From a virus (Duplodnaviria > Caudoviricetes), in the IMG/VR virus record IMGVR_UViG_3300025312_000115, positions 1 to 39,504 of that record: a stretch of 39,504 nucleotides of DNA. The stretch is one strand, 5' to 3'. Of this stretch, positions 17,548 through 27,830 are shown piece after piece. Made by a program: the position numbers and the translations under genes. Every line of letters begins with the position of its first letter. Within the stretch, counting starts at the first letter, position 1. Below the pieces are notes generated by a model, which saw only the letters and a program-made list of their open reading frames with translations, was not told the origin of the DNA and made no database searches.

Positions 17548-20500
17548 ATGACGCAGGATGCTTATAGCGCGCGAATCACTCTTGATGGTTCACAGGTTGA
17601 AGCTGAGTTTCTAAAGCTGGCTCAAGCGAGCGGTCGATGGAATCAAGTAATGGCTGCGGCTGTTACTAGCGGATTGAAGCCCCTCGCCGCTAACATGGAC
17701 ATCGCTGCTCAGAAGCTGAATCTCGGGCGGGTTAGACTTGCTGGGGTATCGGTAGCGGTTGGGCAACTTACTGATAAGACAGCCGCCTCACTTAAGCCTC
17801 AACAGCGACTAAGGTACGAAGCTTCTAAACTGTTCGATCAGTTTAAGAAGCTGAGTGTTAGTGCGGTTAAGCCTACCAGTGCAAGTCTGTTGAAGCTTGC
17901 TGCGGCTTTTGATGCTGCTCAGCAACCAAAGGGGTTGCCGAAGGGATTGTTTACTGCGGCGGCTCAGCAGCTTCGTCAGATGGAAGCATTGCCGGGGGCT
18001 GCGCGTACATCGCTTCGAGAATTGCTTGCTACCGAGCGTCAGTCAGCACAAGAACGAGTTGCAGCGCGTAGAGCTTTACACGATCAACTATTTAGAACAG
18101 ATAGTGCTCAGTCTAGACTTCGTGTTGATCTTCAGCGGAAGGAAGCTAACGAGGAACGAAGGATCTGGCACGAGAATGATTCGTGGCGTCGTAGCACTAA
18201 TCGCGAAGATGCTGGTCTTGGTAGTGCATTTGCATTAGCTGCTAAGCGTCGAGATGCTGCTAGGGAGCGGATGCTTGGGTCAGCTAGTGGATTGGAGAAT
18301 CGGCTTGTAGGGAGTCCACAAGCTACTACACTTTCCCCTCTAGTTGCACAAGCGAGGGAGCTTGCCAGTAATGTAGAAGCAGCACGTTGGCAGTTCGATG
18401 AGATGCGTAAGAGGATCATCGAAGGCGGGCGCTCCCTCACGTACAATAACAATCAAAGTAGAGTAGCGGCGGCAGCAGCGAGGGAGCAAGCACGTCAACA
18501 GCGTGAGGCTGCTCGATCCGCCGTACTGCTTGCTAGAAGTGCTGAGAAAGTTAAGACTAATGAGGAAGCTGCTGTTAGGGCGGCTGAGCGTAAAGCTGTT
18601 GCTGATGCCAACAAACTAGAAGCAGCGCGTAAGCTTGAACATGCGATGTCATCGCAGGCCCAGCACAACACTAAGACTGAGAAGTCGCTACTCCGCGTAA
18701 GTTCGGCTGCTCAAGGTGTGATGTTGGGGCAATCTCTACTCCAACGTCAGGTCATTGGTGTGGGGTTTTCGCTGATCTTCGCTCGATGGGCCATCCTCAA
18801 ATATATGGCTGCTGCTGCTGCCCTCACTATTGTGATCGGTGGGGCTGCCGGTCTAACCCGTGCGTTTATCGGTCTTGCGAGTGCTGCTGAAAAGAGCTAC
18901 ATCGAGCTAGAGAAGTCGGGGCAGAAGCTTGCTAACTTCTTCCAGTCCGCTGACGTAGCTGCTAAGATTAAGAAGCAAGCTGCTGAGATGTCTAGAGCTT
19001 ACAACATCCCGAGGGAGAATGCTGAGAAGCTACTCGCAACTCTTGAGAGTATTGGGCTCAATCAAGACGTTTATCGGATGGCTGATGTCAACGCCGCTGC
19101 TGCCGGTGTAGGTAGTGAGGGTGACTTTGCTCAGCGGTTGAAGGATATCACCAAGGCGGATGCTAGTTCTCGCGGTGAGATGACTCGTCAGCTTGCTAAA
19201 GACTATGAAATTCCTATCAAGAAGTACATGACGAGTCTGGAGATTGCGAACGCTGTTAACAAGCGATTCGCCAACTCTGCTGAGCAAAACGGTAAGACTA
19301 CCAGTGCGGCCATTAACCAAATGACCCAATCATGGCTTGACTTCAAGATCATGGTCGGGGCCGTTGTTAACAACTTCCTACTCCCACTTTTCGGCCCTAT
19401 CATGGGGTTCCTGAACGGAATCAATGCTGGATTCGCAGCGGCCCTGCAAACCGGAAAAGATACCGGCACCTTAGACAAGAATACTCAGGCTTTCGCCCAG
19501 ACCATGCGGAAGCTTATCCCCTTCATGACGCAGTTCGGTTACATACTGGGTACGGTAATCTATAAGGTTATCATTCGTACGGCTCAGATCATTAAGGTAC
19601 TAGCCGACACCCTTATTCGGTTGTGGAACAAGATGAAGCCTGTAGTGGACTTCATGCGAACGTTTATCAAGATTGCTAAGGAATTCCTTGATAAGATGCT
19701 AGCATGGATGCTTCGTAACAAAGACATCATTACTACATTGGGTGTGTTGGCGTTCCTGTTGTTTGGGCTCCCTCGCCTCTTCACCCTTGTAGTGGATGCC
19801 ATCACATCACTGATTGGCGGTCTTGTCAGTCTCGGTAAGGCGATCTTGGGACTTCCCAAAGCGACTGTTGACTTCTTGGTCAAGGGATTCAAGGAAGCAA
19901 AAGAAGCTGTTGAGAATCTGTTGAGGCAGCTTGGACTCCTAAAGGATAAAAGTGTTAAGGTCAGTACTGACACTGGTGGCATTGATCTTGATAAGATTCG
20001 TAACTACAACGACCAACTTGCTAAGATCCCCGAAACTATCCATACTAAGGTGACGCAGGATCTCCCTACTGGTACTGTAGCTCCGGGACTGCCCCCCACC
20101 GATGGTAAAGCGGAAAAGTCGTGGAATCTGTTTGGCGTAAAGATTAGCATGAGCTTCCTCAAAGGTATGGCCGGAAGTCTCGCTACTGGTTTAGGTGTAG
20201 CAATCGGTGGTGCCCTTCTAGGTATCTCTGTTGGCACATTGCTGATCGCAGCAGGTGTAGTGGCTGCGGTCATCGCATTGGCCTTGATAGTTGCCTTCCC
20301 ACGAGAATCAGGTCAGATCGCTGGTGCAATCGCTGGTATGTTAGTCAATGCACTTGCGCTAGTACCGGGCCTTATTGTTTGGGGACTTATTGCAGCCGTC
20401 AGTGTTGTTATAGGACTAATGGCAGCACAGTTCAGTTTAGGTCTCAGTGTAATGATAGGGGTATTCCGTATCCCATTCGATACCCTAGTCAACATGGTTC

Positions 20501-21375
20501 GTAACGTTGCGAGTGATGTTAAAGATATCGGGTCATCTCTATTCTCAGGTGACTGGCTTGGGGCACTTCAAGCTAGTGGCGACCTCCTAAAACACATCTT
20601 TCTTACCCCTTGGGAAGATATGGGTATTGGGATCAAGAACTTCGGTATCGATCTCAAGACCAACATCATTCCTAAGTTCTTTGATGATACTTGGTTCGCC
20701 ATTTCAGGCCCGACAGGTATAGGGAAGCTGATTGAGAATATCAAAGAGCCAGTTAAGCATTGGGCCGAAGAGTTTGGTAGGGGCTTCGGTGAAGGTTGGG
20801 AAGAACACGTCAACCCTTCCCTTATGGGATTCTTCTCAAAGGCTTGGAATGGAATCAATGATGGGTTTGGTACCGGCGACAACTACGGGTTAGTTAATGC
20901 CATGCGTGTAGGGTTCCGAAACCTTGCCCTTATCGGAGATAACATTGGTGATCCATTCAGAAGGTTCAAGCACTTCCTCTCTAGTGTTGGGGATGCTATA
21001 ACGCGCTTCATTGATTGGCTTAGGGATAACGCCCACAACCTGAACCCTGCTAACTGGATCGGTGGAGCAATCTCGCGAATCGGTGTACCTAGTTTTGGTG
21101 ACTACGCTATGGGCGGTGTGGTACCGGGCGCACGGGGTACTAAGCAACTTGTAATGGCTGAAGCTGGTGAAGTATTCCTCGGTGCCCCTGCTGTTGCTGC
21201 TAGTAGCGGACGACTAGGTGGATTAGGCGGCGGTGGCACCACCAACATCTACGTCTCGGTTGCTGATAGCGTAATCACTAACGACGCCTCCATTACTGAT
21301 CTCACTGATCAGATCGCTGGCAAGCTAGTGCAGCGACTGGGTGTAGCTCGTAACCTAACATTCCACAGGATCTAG
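17548..21375 (+). CDS. Tape measure protein
   Basis: 1275 aa, Ala-rich helical with hydrophobic segments; C-terminal 'YAMGGVVPG...AEAGEVFL'. Confidence 0.93.
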   Translation: MTQDAYSARITLDGSQVEAEFLKLAQASGRWNQVMAAAVTSGLKPLAANMDIAAQKLNLGRVRLAGVSVAVGQLTDKTAASLKPQQRLRYEASKLFDQFKKLSVSAVKPTSASLLKLAAAFDAAQQPKGLPKGLFTAAAQQLRQMEALPGAARTSLRELLATERQSAQERVAARRALHDQLFRTDSAQSRLRVDLQRKEANEERRIWHENDSWRRSTNREDAGLGSAFALAAKRRDAARERMLGSASGLENRLVGSPQATTLSPLVAQARELASNVEAARWQFDEMRKRIIEGGRSLTYNNNQSRVAAAAAREQARQQREAARSAVLLARSAEKVKTNEEAAVRAAERKAVADANKLEAARKLEHAMSSQAQHNTKTEKSLLRVSSAAQGVMLGQSLLQRQVIGVGFSLIFARWAILKYMAAAAALTIVIGGAAGLTRAFIGLASAAEKSYIELEKSGQKLANFFQSADVAAKIKKQAAEMSRAYNIPRENAEKLLATLESIGLNQDVYRMADVNAAAAGVGSEGDFAQRLKDITKADASSRGEMTRQLAKDYEIPIKKYMTSLEIANAVNKRFANSAEQNGKTTSAAINQMTQSWLDFKIMVGAVVNNFLLPLFGPIMGFLNGINAGFAAALQTGKDTGTLDKNTQAFAQTMRKLIPFMTQFGYILGTVIYKVIIRTAQIIKVLADTLIRLWNKMKPVVDFMRTFIKIAKEFLDKMLAWMLRNKDIITTLGVLAFLLFGLPRLFTLVVDAITSLIGGLVSLGKAILGLPKATVDFLVKGFKEAKEAVENLLRQLGLLKDKSVKVSTDTGGIDLDKIRNYNDQLAKIPETIHTKVTQDLPTGTVAPGLPPTDGKAEKSWNLFGVKISMSFLKGMAGSLATGLGVAIGGALLGISVGTLLIAAGVVAAVIALALIVAFPRESGQIAGAIAGMLVNALALVPGLIVWGLIAAVSVVIGLMAAQFSLGLSVMIGVFRIPFDTLVNMVRNVASDVKDIGSSLFSGDWLGALQASGDLLKHIFLTPWEDMGIGIKNFGIDLKTNIIPKFFDDTWFAISGPTGIGKLIENIKEPVKHWAEEFGRGFGEGWEEHVNPSLMGFFSKAWNGINDGFGTGDNYGLVNAMRVGFRNLALIGDNIGDPFRRFKHFLSSVGDAITRFIDWLRDNAHNLNPANWIGGAISRIGVPSFGDYAMGGVVPGARGTKQLVMAEAGEVFLGAPAVAASSGRLGGLGGGGTTNIYVSVADSVITNDASITDLTDQIAGKLVQRLGVARNLTFHRI

Positions 21376-21381
21376 TGCTTC

Positions 21382-22704
21382 ATGGCTTTTCAGCTTCTAA
21401 TCAACGAAGTAGACTACACCGATAACTTCGTGTTGTCCTCCGTACGGATAAACGAGGGGCTTCAGGCTAATGGACAAAGTATGTCGGGGATTGTACAGCT
21501 TAGTGGCGCGTTGGCTCGTCCAATCGGTGGCAACACAATACGCTTATTTCGGGATTCTACTTTGGAGTTTGCAGGACGTATTGTAGTATCAGAACAGACA
21601 CAGCCTACCAGTGCCCATGCCCTACTGTTTCACTATCAGCTTGAATGTGTTGACTGGACAGCAGATCTAGATCAGACGTTTCAGCAGGTGCAGTACGATC
21701 CTGGACAGTACGCCGGGGATATAGTCAAAGCACTAGTAGCTCTTGTCGGACGCGGCTTCACCACCACCAATGTAGTTAACGGCCCACAGATTGACGGTAT
21801 TAAGGCGGATATCGAGCCCCTTAGTGGGATCATTACACGTATCGCAGAGGCTATTGAGCACCAGTGGTACGTCGATTACAACCGAGACATTAACTTCTTC
21901 TACATACTTGATCGCCCAGCACCAATCACTAGTATCGACTTTGACACCGATATCACTAACTACTTTGATCTTACTGTTGCTGAGCATGTGGAGCATGTTA
22001 AGAATGCTATATACTTGACTGGGGCAACGGTTAAGTCCCAGACACAGGATCAGATCATTAACTACGCTGATGGCGACACTCGCTTTTGGCCGCTCAACTA
22101 TCAGCCGTGGAGCCAGACGGACATCACCGTCAAAGTGAATGATGTTCCCCAAACCGTTCTACTAGATGGTGTGGACGGCTCGGCTGGAGATGATCAAGCA
22201 CCAACCTCTAGTGTATACGTCTGTATCGATAACTGGGGAATCCGCTTCCCAGATACTATGCCACCGACTCTCAACGATAAAATCGAAGTCCTATACAACT
22301 ACGCATTCTCCCCAGTTATTTTAGTAGAAGATCCAATTTCCATTGCTAATATGATGGCGCGTGAGAATACTGCAATTGCCCCATCTAACGGACGACACGA
22401 GTTCAAGTTCGATGTACCAGATCTCCGCGTCGAGACAGAAGATACCATTCTTGACTACGGAACACTTCTACTAGCCCGTTATAGTGCGCCAAGCTACACT
22501 CTTAACTTCAAAAGCTGGACGCAGGGATGGCAAGCTGGACAAACCTTTACAGGAGTGTCAACAACTAGAAGCTTGCCAAGCACTCAGTTCTATGTTATAA
22601 GTGTGACTAAGGCAATTCTAGCTAAGAAAAAAGATGGCCCGGCAACAGATACTCCAGCGTTTGAGTACAACATTGTTGCTTCCTCCGTACCGTTTCCTCA
22701 ATAA
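21382..22704 (+). CDS. Tail-tip hub (Tal/gp27-like) protein
   Basis: Directly after the tape measure gene; 'FAGRI', 'WYVDY...F', 'VKNAIY' pattern. Confidence 0.65.
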   Translation: MAFQLLINEVDYTDNFVLSSVRINEGLQANGQSMSGIVQLSGALARPIGGNTIRLFRDSTLEFAGRIVVSEQTQPTSAHALLFHYQLECVDWTADLDQTFQQVQYDPGQYAGDIVKALVALVGRGFTTTNVVNGPQIDGIKADIEPLSGIITRIAEAIEHQWYVDYNRDINFFYILDRPAPITSIDFDTDITNYFDLTVAEHVEHVKNAIYLTGATVKSQTQDQIINYADGDTRFWPLNYQPWSQTDITVKVNDVPQTVLLDGVDGSAGDDQAPTSSVYVCIDNWGIRFPDTMPPTLNDKIEVLYNYAFSPVILVEDPISIANMMARENTAIAPSNGRHEFKFDVPDLRVETEDTILDYGTLLLARYSAPSYTLNFKSWTQGWQAGQTFTGVSTTRSLPSTQFYVISVTKAILAKKKDGPATDTPAFEYNIVASSVPFPQ

Positions 22705-22724
22705 CCCTTGTTTAGTTTAAGGAC

Positions 22725-24263
22725 GTGGTTGTGGCATCTTCAAACATCGATCGTTTCAGTCGTATGGTTAACAACCTGTATACGCGCGCGTTCGAGAAAG
22801 ATGCCCAGAAGTTCAATACGCTATTTAATAAGACTTCTAATCTTCTCGATACTAGTTTAGACGCTCACGGACTTCGTAGTCTTAGTAGCTTGATAATGCG
22901 CGACTTGCCAATTAGCTACACCCACTTGGACACGCTAATACCGGCTGGTACACCGGCCTACAACCTTCCTATCAAAGATCGTATTGATACGGTAAATTCT
23001 TGGTACGCAGCGGACGCTACTAAGCTTACTAGAGTAGCTAGCTTACTTGGTGGTAACCTTCAAGACTACGCTTATCAGTTTGCGGCTACGTACATGAACA
23101 AAGCGGATGCTGCTGAGTACGATGTTACTAGCTGGACGTGTGAGGCGCTAGTAAAGTTCACCAGTACCGCGACTATGAAGTTAGTGGGGCAGGGGACTAC
23201 GGCTACGGGTTGGGGCATGTGGCTTACTAACAAGAAGCTTACGCTTGTGAGCGCACTTGACTCAGTGAATACCAGTAATGGTGCCGACCTCAATGATGGA
23301 TTAGTTCACCACGTTGCAGTTACTAGAAACGCTGGTAACACACTTAAGTGGTTCGTTGATGGTGTTGAGGTTGCTAGTAGTACCATTACCAATGTTAGCA
23401 CCACTGCCCTAAGCGGCTCGCTAGAAATTGGCAGTAGTGCTAACCCCTTTACCGGAACGATTGATGAGGTTGCGACCTACAACTACGCGCTTACCCCAAC
23501 ACAGATCGCGGAACACTACGCTACTATTAACGTAGTAACTGCGGCAGCAACTAATTCAGTTGGCAATGTAGGATGGTACGTACCGCCACTATCTCGCGCC
23601 TACGCTGATATGACGGCTTCTGGTAGTGATCAGTCTACTGAGCCTAGTGCCTACGGCTTTAGCGGAACCGTAAATCTGCAATACCCTGCGGCTATGTTTC
23701 TGGGTAATCCGGGTTGGGGCTGGCTTGTAGTACGAATACGTCCAACGTGGAGTAATACCGCTGGCGTATTGCATCCTATCTTTACTCATAATGACGCGGA
23801 TCGTACCTTTGAGTTAGTCTATAAAGCTACAAACGTTTGGGCATTACGTATAGGTAATCCCGGTGTTAGCGTTGGCGAGGTTACTATTGCAGCTACCCAC
23901 ATTGCGAATCAAGACATTACATTGGCTGCACAATGGGTGGGTTCTGGCAGCGGTATTAAGTTAAGTCTTGATGGAGCAGCATTTGTATCTGGTACATCAC
24001 AGTCTCCCGGTGCTGGCCCAACTAACTTTATGTTTGGCTACGATGGTGCTAATAGTTTAGCAGGCGCAATTCATTGGGCTGTAATGGGCGGACTCGCAGC
24101 GACAGATGAACAGTTATCAGATGCCGATGTTGCTGTCTACCACGCACACGGAAACCGTGATCCTATTTGGGATACAATTCCTAATATCCGAACTACCAAA
24201 CCAGCATTCTTGTGGGATGGTAGAACTAACGCTCATACTTCACTAGCAGTCTTTGGGGAGTAG
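22725..24263 (+). CDS. Minor tail protein with LamG/concanavalin-like domain(s)
   Basis: 'WTCEALVK...DGLVHHVAVTR...FVDG...FTGTIDEVATYNYALT..QI..HY' LamG signature; a second lectin-like domain follows. Confidence 0.8.
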   Translation: MVVASSNIDRFSRMVNNLYTRAFEKDAQKFNTLFNKTSNLLDTSLDAHGLRSLSSLIMRDLPISYTHLDTLIPAGTPAYNLPIKDRIDTVNSWYAADATKLTRVASLLGGNLQDYAYQFAATYMNKADAAEYDVTSWTCEALVKFTSTATMKLVGQGTTATGWGMWLTNKKLTLVSALDSVNTSNGADLNDGLVHHVAVTRNAGNTLKWFVDGVEVASSTITNVSTTALSGSLEIGSSANPFTGTIDEVATYNYALTPTQIAEHYATINVVTAAATNSVGNVGWYVPPLSRAYADMTASGSDQSTEPSAYGFSGTVNLQYPAAMFLGNPGWGWLVVRIRPTWSNTAGVLHPIFTHNDADRTFELVYKATNVWALRIGNPGVSVGEVTIAATHIANQDITLAAQWVGSGSGIKLSLDGAAFVSGTSQSPGAGPTNFMFGYDGANSLAGAIHWAVMGGLAATDEQLSDADVAVYHAHGNRDPIWDTIPNIRTTKPAFLWDGRTNAHTSLAVFGE

Positions 24264-24268
24264 CAATT

Positions 24269-25216
24269 ATGCTCAAAACGACATTGGACTTAAACATTAA
24301 GGGTAGTCTACTCCTAGAGTTTATAGACGAAGATACTGGAAAGATCAAGTACGAGCACGTTTTTAATAACGTGACCGATAATCTTCGGTCAGCAGTTGCC
24401 AGCGCACTGGCTCAACAGACCGCCGGTTCACCATCGCACATTGCGCTGGGGACTGGTGCGATTAGCGAGAACGCGCTCTCTAATGAGAGTAGTTACGCCT
24501 ATCTTAATGGTACAGGCAGCGCCACACAACAGCTTGCAACCCTATGGACGGTTCCTGCAACCTACGACTCCTACTACATTGCTAAGATCCTACTTCCAAT
24601 GGTACGTACTACCACCGATGCTAGCAACTTTACAGTAGAGTTACAAACTAACAGTGCAGGTGTTCCCAGCGGTACACCTGTAACTAATGGGGTAAGTAGC
24701 GCAGTAGCATTTAACTCATTACAGTTAACTACACCCTACACGTACGTAGATTTCTCGTTCCCAACCCCGCCGACAATCCTCTATGGTACCACTTACCACA
24801 TCGTACTTAAGACAGACGCAGTTACTTTGGCTGATGCTATACACCGATGGGCAACCGACTGGACTTCACCGACCGGGCCGTTCGATACACTCAAATACTA
24901 CAATGGTAGTGCTTGGGGAGCTTGGTCAGGTAACCCCAAACCAATAGGTCGTGTTATCCCAACAGCTAATCCTAACTTTACTTCTATCGTTGGGCAGCTA
25001 GGAACGCGAGCGGCAATTACGAGTCGTTCTAAGTCTAGCAACAATATTGTAAGGTTACTTGGATCATTCAATGCCGGGGTTGCTACCGACTTCATTGGTA
25101 TGGCAGCACTCTACGATGCTTCGACATCTGGAAATCTACTTGCGCTTGCTAACATTGGATATAATAAGTTGGCGAACGTTCGGCTTAACGTCTACTGGTT
25201 GTTGGAGCTTAACTAG
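24269..25216 (+). CDS. Minor tail / baseplate protein with an inserted beta-sandwich domain
   Basis: 'SHIALGTG' and 'ALYDASTSGNLLA' halves of a common tail domain flank an insert ('GVPSGT...FSFPTP...GTTYHIVL'). Confidence 0.65.
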   Translation: MLKTTLDLNIKGSLLLEFIDEDTGKIKYEHVFNNVTDNLRSAVASALAQQTAGSPSHIALGTGAISENALSNESSYAYLNGTGSATQQLATLWTVPATYDSYYIAKILLPMVRTTTDASNFTVELQTNSAGVPSGTPVTNGVSSAVAFNSLQLTTPYTYVDFSFPTPPTILYGTTYHIVLKTDAVTLADAIHRWATDWTSPTGPFDTLKYYNGSAWGAWSGNPKPIGRVIPTANPNFTSIVGQLGTRAAITSRSKSSNNIVRLLGSFNAGVATDFIGMAALYDASTSGNLLALANIGYNKLANVRLNVYWLLELN

Positions 25217-25218
25217 TT

Positions 25219-25881
25219 ATGGCTAATACAGAAGTTGTTTGGGGCACAAAAGTTACGGCGGCTAAATCTGGGGAAGTTCTTGCTGGAAGTAGTGCGCCTC
25301 CCGGTCAGGCATTAGGAGACTTGTGGGTTAACACAGCACCTACTAATGAGAATCGTCCCCGCTTCCAAAACGATGCCAGTGGTGCTCGTAAGTGGGAACA
25401 AGATATTGGTGTAAGGTGTATCTGGCAAGACCGTGCCTACGGAAGCGTTAGCAGTGCGGTTGCGGACAGCACCGTCTACACCGTTAGTGGTATTAGTCTA
25501 ACTCTTGGATCACTATCGTACATTGTAAAGTTTCAGGTTAAAACTAAGGATTCCAATAGTAGTAACAATAACGACTTCGGCTTAAAGCTGAATGCTACAA
25601 TTGTGAACTCGACTACGACTAACTACATTTATCGTGCTGTAGGTGCCTACTACGATGAGATCGAACTCTGGCTGCCTTATCACGGTGCGCTTGCAGGACA
25701 GTTTGGACACGCCATTGCAGCGCAAAATGGTGACTCTAGTATTGGGATTAGAAATCAAAAGTTGTTAGGGCTTAATGCTAACCTTCCTGATACCATTACT
25801 AGTATTACGGTGCTTGGCGTTAGTCCCGGAGCTACAGGTACGCTGTACGCTGGGTTTATGGAAATCTGGGAGATCTTCTAA
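25219..25881 (+). CDS. Tail fibre / receptor-binding-like protein, paralogue 1
   Basis: 'SSAP...GDLWVNT' linker; C-terminal 'ITSI...YAG..EIWE'. Confidence 0.6.
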   Translation: MANTEVVWGTKVTAAKSGEVLAGSSAPPGQALGDLWVNTAPTNENRPRFQNDASGARKWEQDIGVRCIWQDRAYGSVSSAVADSTVYTVSGISLTLGSLSYIVKFQVKTKDSNSSNNNDFGLKLNATIVNSTTTNYIYRAVGAYYDEIELWLPYHGALAGQFGHAIAAQNGDSSIGIRNQKLLGLNANLPDTITSITVLGVSPGATGTLYAGFMEIWEIF

Positions 25882-25884
25882 GCT

Positions 25885-27057
25885 ATGAGTACTGAATTCG
25901 TTACAGGTCAGAAACTTGACACACGCTGGAATCGTATAGCTTCAGGCAGTGAACGTCCATTGGAGTACGAAGCGCCACAACAAATCTGGGTAAGCGACAA
26001 GGTACCTACTAGTCTTGATGGGCCAAACCTTATAGCTAATCCTAACTTTGAAGTAGACACTGCTGGGTGGGCAGCCTTAGCGGGTGGTTCGATTGCTAGA
26101 ACTACAACCTACAAGTACTCGGGCGTTGCCGGGGCCACAGTAACTAGTAGTGCCATAGGTGATGGCACTAAGTACGCACTAGACTTAGAGCCTAACCAAT
26201 ACTACGTGTTTGGGGCTAAGATCGCGCGCGCTTATAACATCATTCTTGAAATGAGCGATTTGGTTGATATTACAGCCGCTGTGAATACTGGAATTACTAA
26301 CGGTGGTTTTGATTGGGTAACAGTACGTGGAACCTTCTTCATTGACAGTACGCATACATCGTGTGAACTTCGCGCTAAGAACAACACAGCAACAGTAGGA
26401 CAAACATTCCAACTCGATAATGTGTACGTTCGGCGCGCTCAGCTAAATTCTACGTTAAATGCTAGCTTAGACCTGCCGTGGCCTGAATGGTTTGCTTACG
26501 ATGGACGGGATTGGTCACGCGCTGTTCGTGGAATGCGTCTACTTGCAGCCTCTGGAAACATTGCACTGAATAAAGTTATTACCCCAAACTATCAGCGCAC
26601 GTACTATCAGGACGGATTCCAGATTCCCCCCACAAGTGGTGTACTAATTCGACAACGCTTCCGGCAGGCCGCAGGCGGTAGTGGCACTCCGGCTAATGCA
26701 GTTGCTGTATATCTAAACGGTAGTAGCCAGTATAGTGTTTCTATAAATCATGGGTCGGATGCTCTTACAGTAGAATATGGTGGAGAGGTAGAGTTTTACC
26801 TTTCTCCACGATATCAATACATTGAAACGTTATCTGGGGCTATAAACACTAAAAGTGTATCGCGTTCTCAAAATAGTTACGGATATACTGCCGCAGCCGG
26901 AGCTTACGGACAGCTACGATCCTATGGTGGTGGGGTAACTACTATACCAGAAGTAATTACCTCCATAGACTTACGCGCTAGGGTAAATGCTTCTAACTCA
27001 AACCAAACACAATATTTTGGGCCGACTCAAATCTTTGAAGTGCTGGGAGCAAACTAA
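25885..27057 (+). CDS. Tail fibre-like protein with carbohydrate-binding module, paralogue 2
   Basis: 'NLIANPNFEVDTAGW...LDNV' CBM-like insert; C-terminal 'ITSI...YFG..QIFE'. Confidence 0.65.
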   Translation: MSTEFVTGQKLDTRWNRIASGSERPLEYEAPQQIWVSDKVPTSLDGPNLIANPNFEVDTAGWAALAGGSIARTTTYKYSGVAGATVTSSAIGDGTKYALDLEPNQYYVFGAKIARAYNIILEMSDLVDITAAVNTGITNGGFDWVTVRGTFFIDSTHTSCELRAKNNTATVGQTFQLDNVYVRRAQLNSTLNASLDLPWPEWFAYDGRDWSRAVRGMRLLAASGNIALNKVITPNYQRTYYQDGFQIPPTSGVLIRQRFRQAAGGSGTPANAVAVYLNGSSQYSVSINHGSDALTVEYGGEVEFYLSPRYQYIETLSGAINTKSVSRSQNSYGYTAAAGAYGQLRSYGGGVTTIPEVITSIDLRARVNASNSNQTQYFGPTQIFEVLGAN

Positions 27058-27059
27058 CA

Positions 27060-27821
27060 ATGACTGTTCCAACTATACTACCGATAAAAGGCCCAGATAC
27101 CTATCTTGTAAGTGGTGGATCAATTGATCAGCCCCAACAGAATGGGCCGATCTTAGTCGAAGCCGGGAATATCTACACGGTAGGGACTACGGCTCCGACT
27201 GCGCCAATTGAGGGAGCGGTATGGGCTGATACCAGCACTGGCTCTAGTGTTATAAAGTTCTATCGTGGTGGCTTGTGGGTAGACGCTAAGAATACGGTAG
27301 CATATCGAAAGGTGGGGAGTAGCGTAAGCTTTAGCAGCGCAGCTAATCCAGCAGCAGCTGTAGATGTTAAGACAATTAGTGGGCTTAACATTGCTACTAG
27401 TAAGGGCATCGAGATCCGTGGAAACTGCTACATGACTAGTAGTGTAGCGGCGGCAAGTAAGAAGCTAGCAATTGGCTTGAAGATCAATTCGACAATTGTT
27501 AATGAGGCCGATCATGCGAACCCTGATGCTAACGTATGCTGGGGCGGTAAGGTAGCAAATGATACAGGGACAATCTATGGATCGTTTGTTATTAGGATTC
27601 CAAGGCGTGATGTTGGAGTTCCCACTTACGCAAGCATTGGCGGATCTCAGTGGTGCGCGTCTGAGTACACTCTTACGCAAAACTGGGGAGCACTAGGCTA
27701 CACGGCTGGCGTTCCAGTAGTTGCGATTACCAGTATAGCATTGCGGGCTAAAGCATCACCGGGAACCAACTGTATAGCGTACGTTGGCCCAGTGTACGTA
27801 TTTGAAATAGACGAGAGCTAA
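27060..27821 (+). CDS. Tail fibre / receptor-binding-like protein, paralogue 3
   Basis: 'GTTAPTAP.EGAVWADT...KFY.GG.W' linker; C-terminal 'ITSI...YVG..YVFE'. Confidence 0.62.
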   Translation: MTVPTILPIKGPDTYLVSGGSIDQPQQNGPILVEAGNIYTVGTTAPTAPIEGAVWADTSTGSSVIKFYRGGLWVDAKNTVAYRKVGSSVSFSSAANPAAAVDVKTISGLNIATSKGIEIRGNCYMTSSVAAASKKLAIGLKINSTIVNEADHANPDANVCWGGKVANDTGTIYGSFVIRIPRRDVGVPTYASIGGSQWCASEYTLTQNWGALGYTAGVPVVAITSIALRAKASPGTNCIAYVGPVYVFEIDES

Positions 27822-27830
27822 CTTTAGGGA

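Noticed and set aside
25219-27821. Diversity-generating retroelement or invertible tail-fibre cassette
   Set aside because: No reverse transcriptase, no near-identical TR/VR pair and no recombinase; the similarity is only at the remote protein level.
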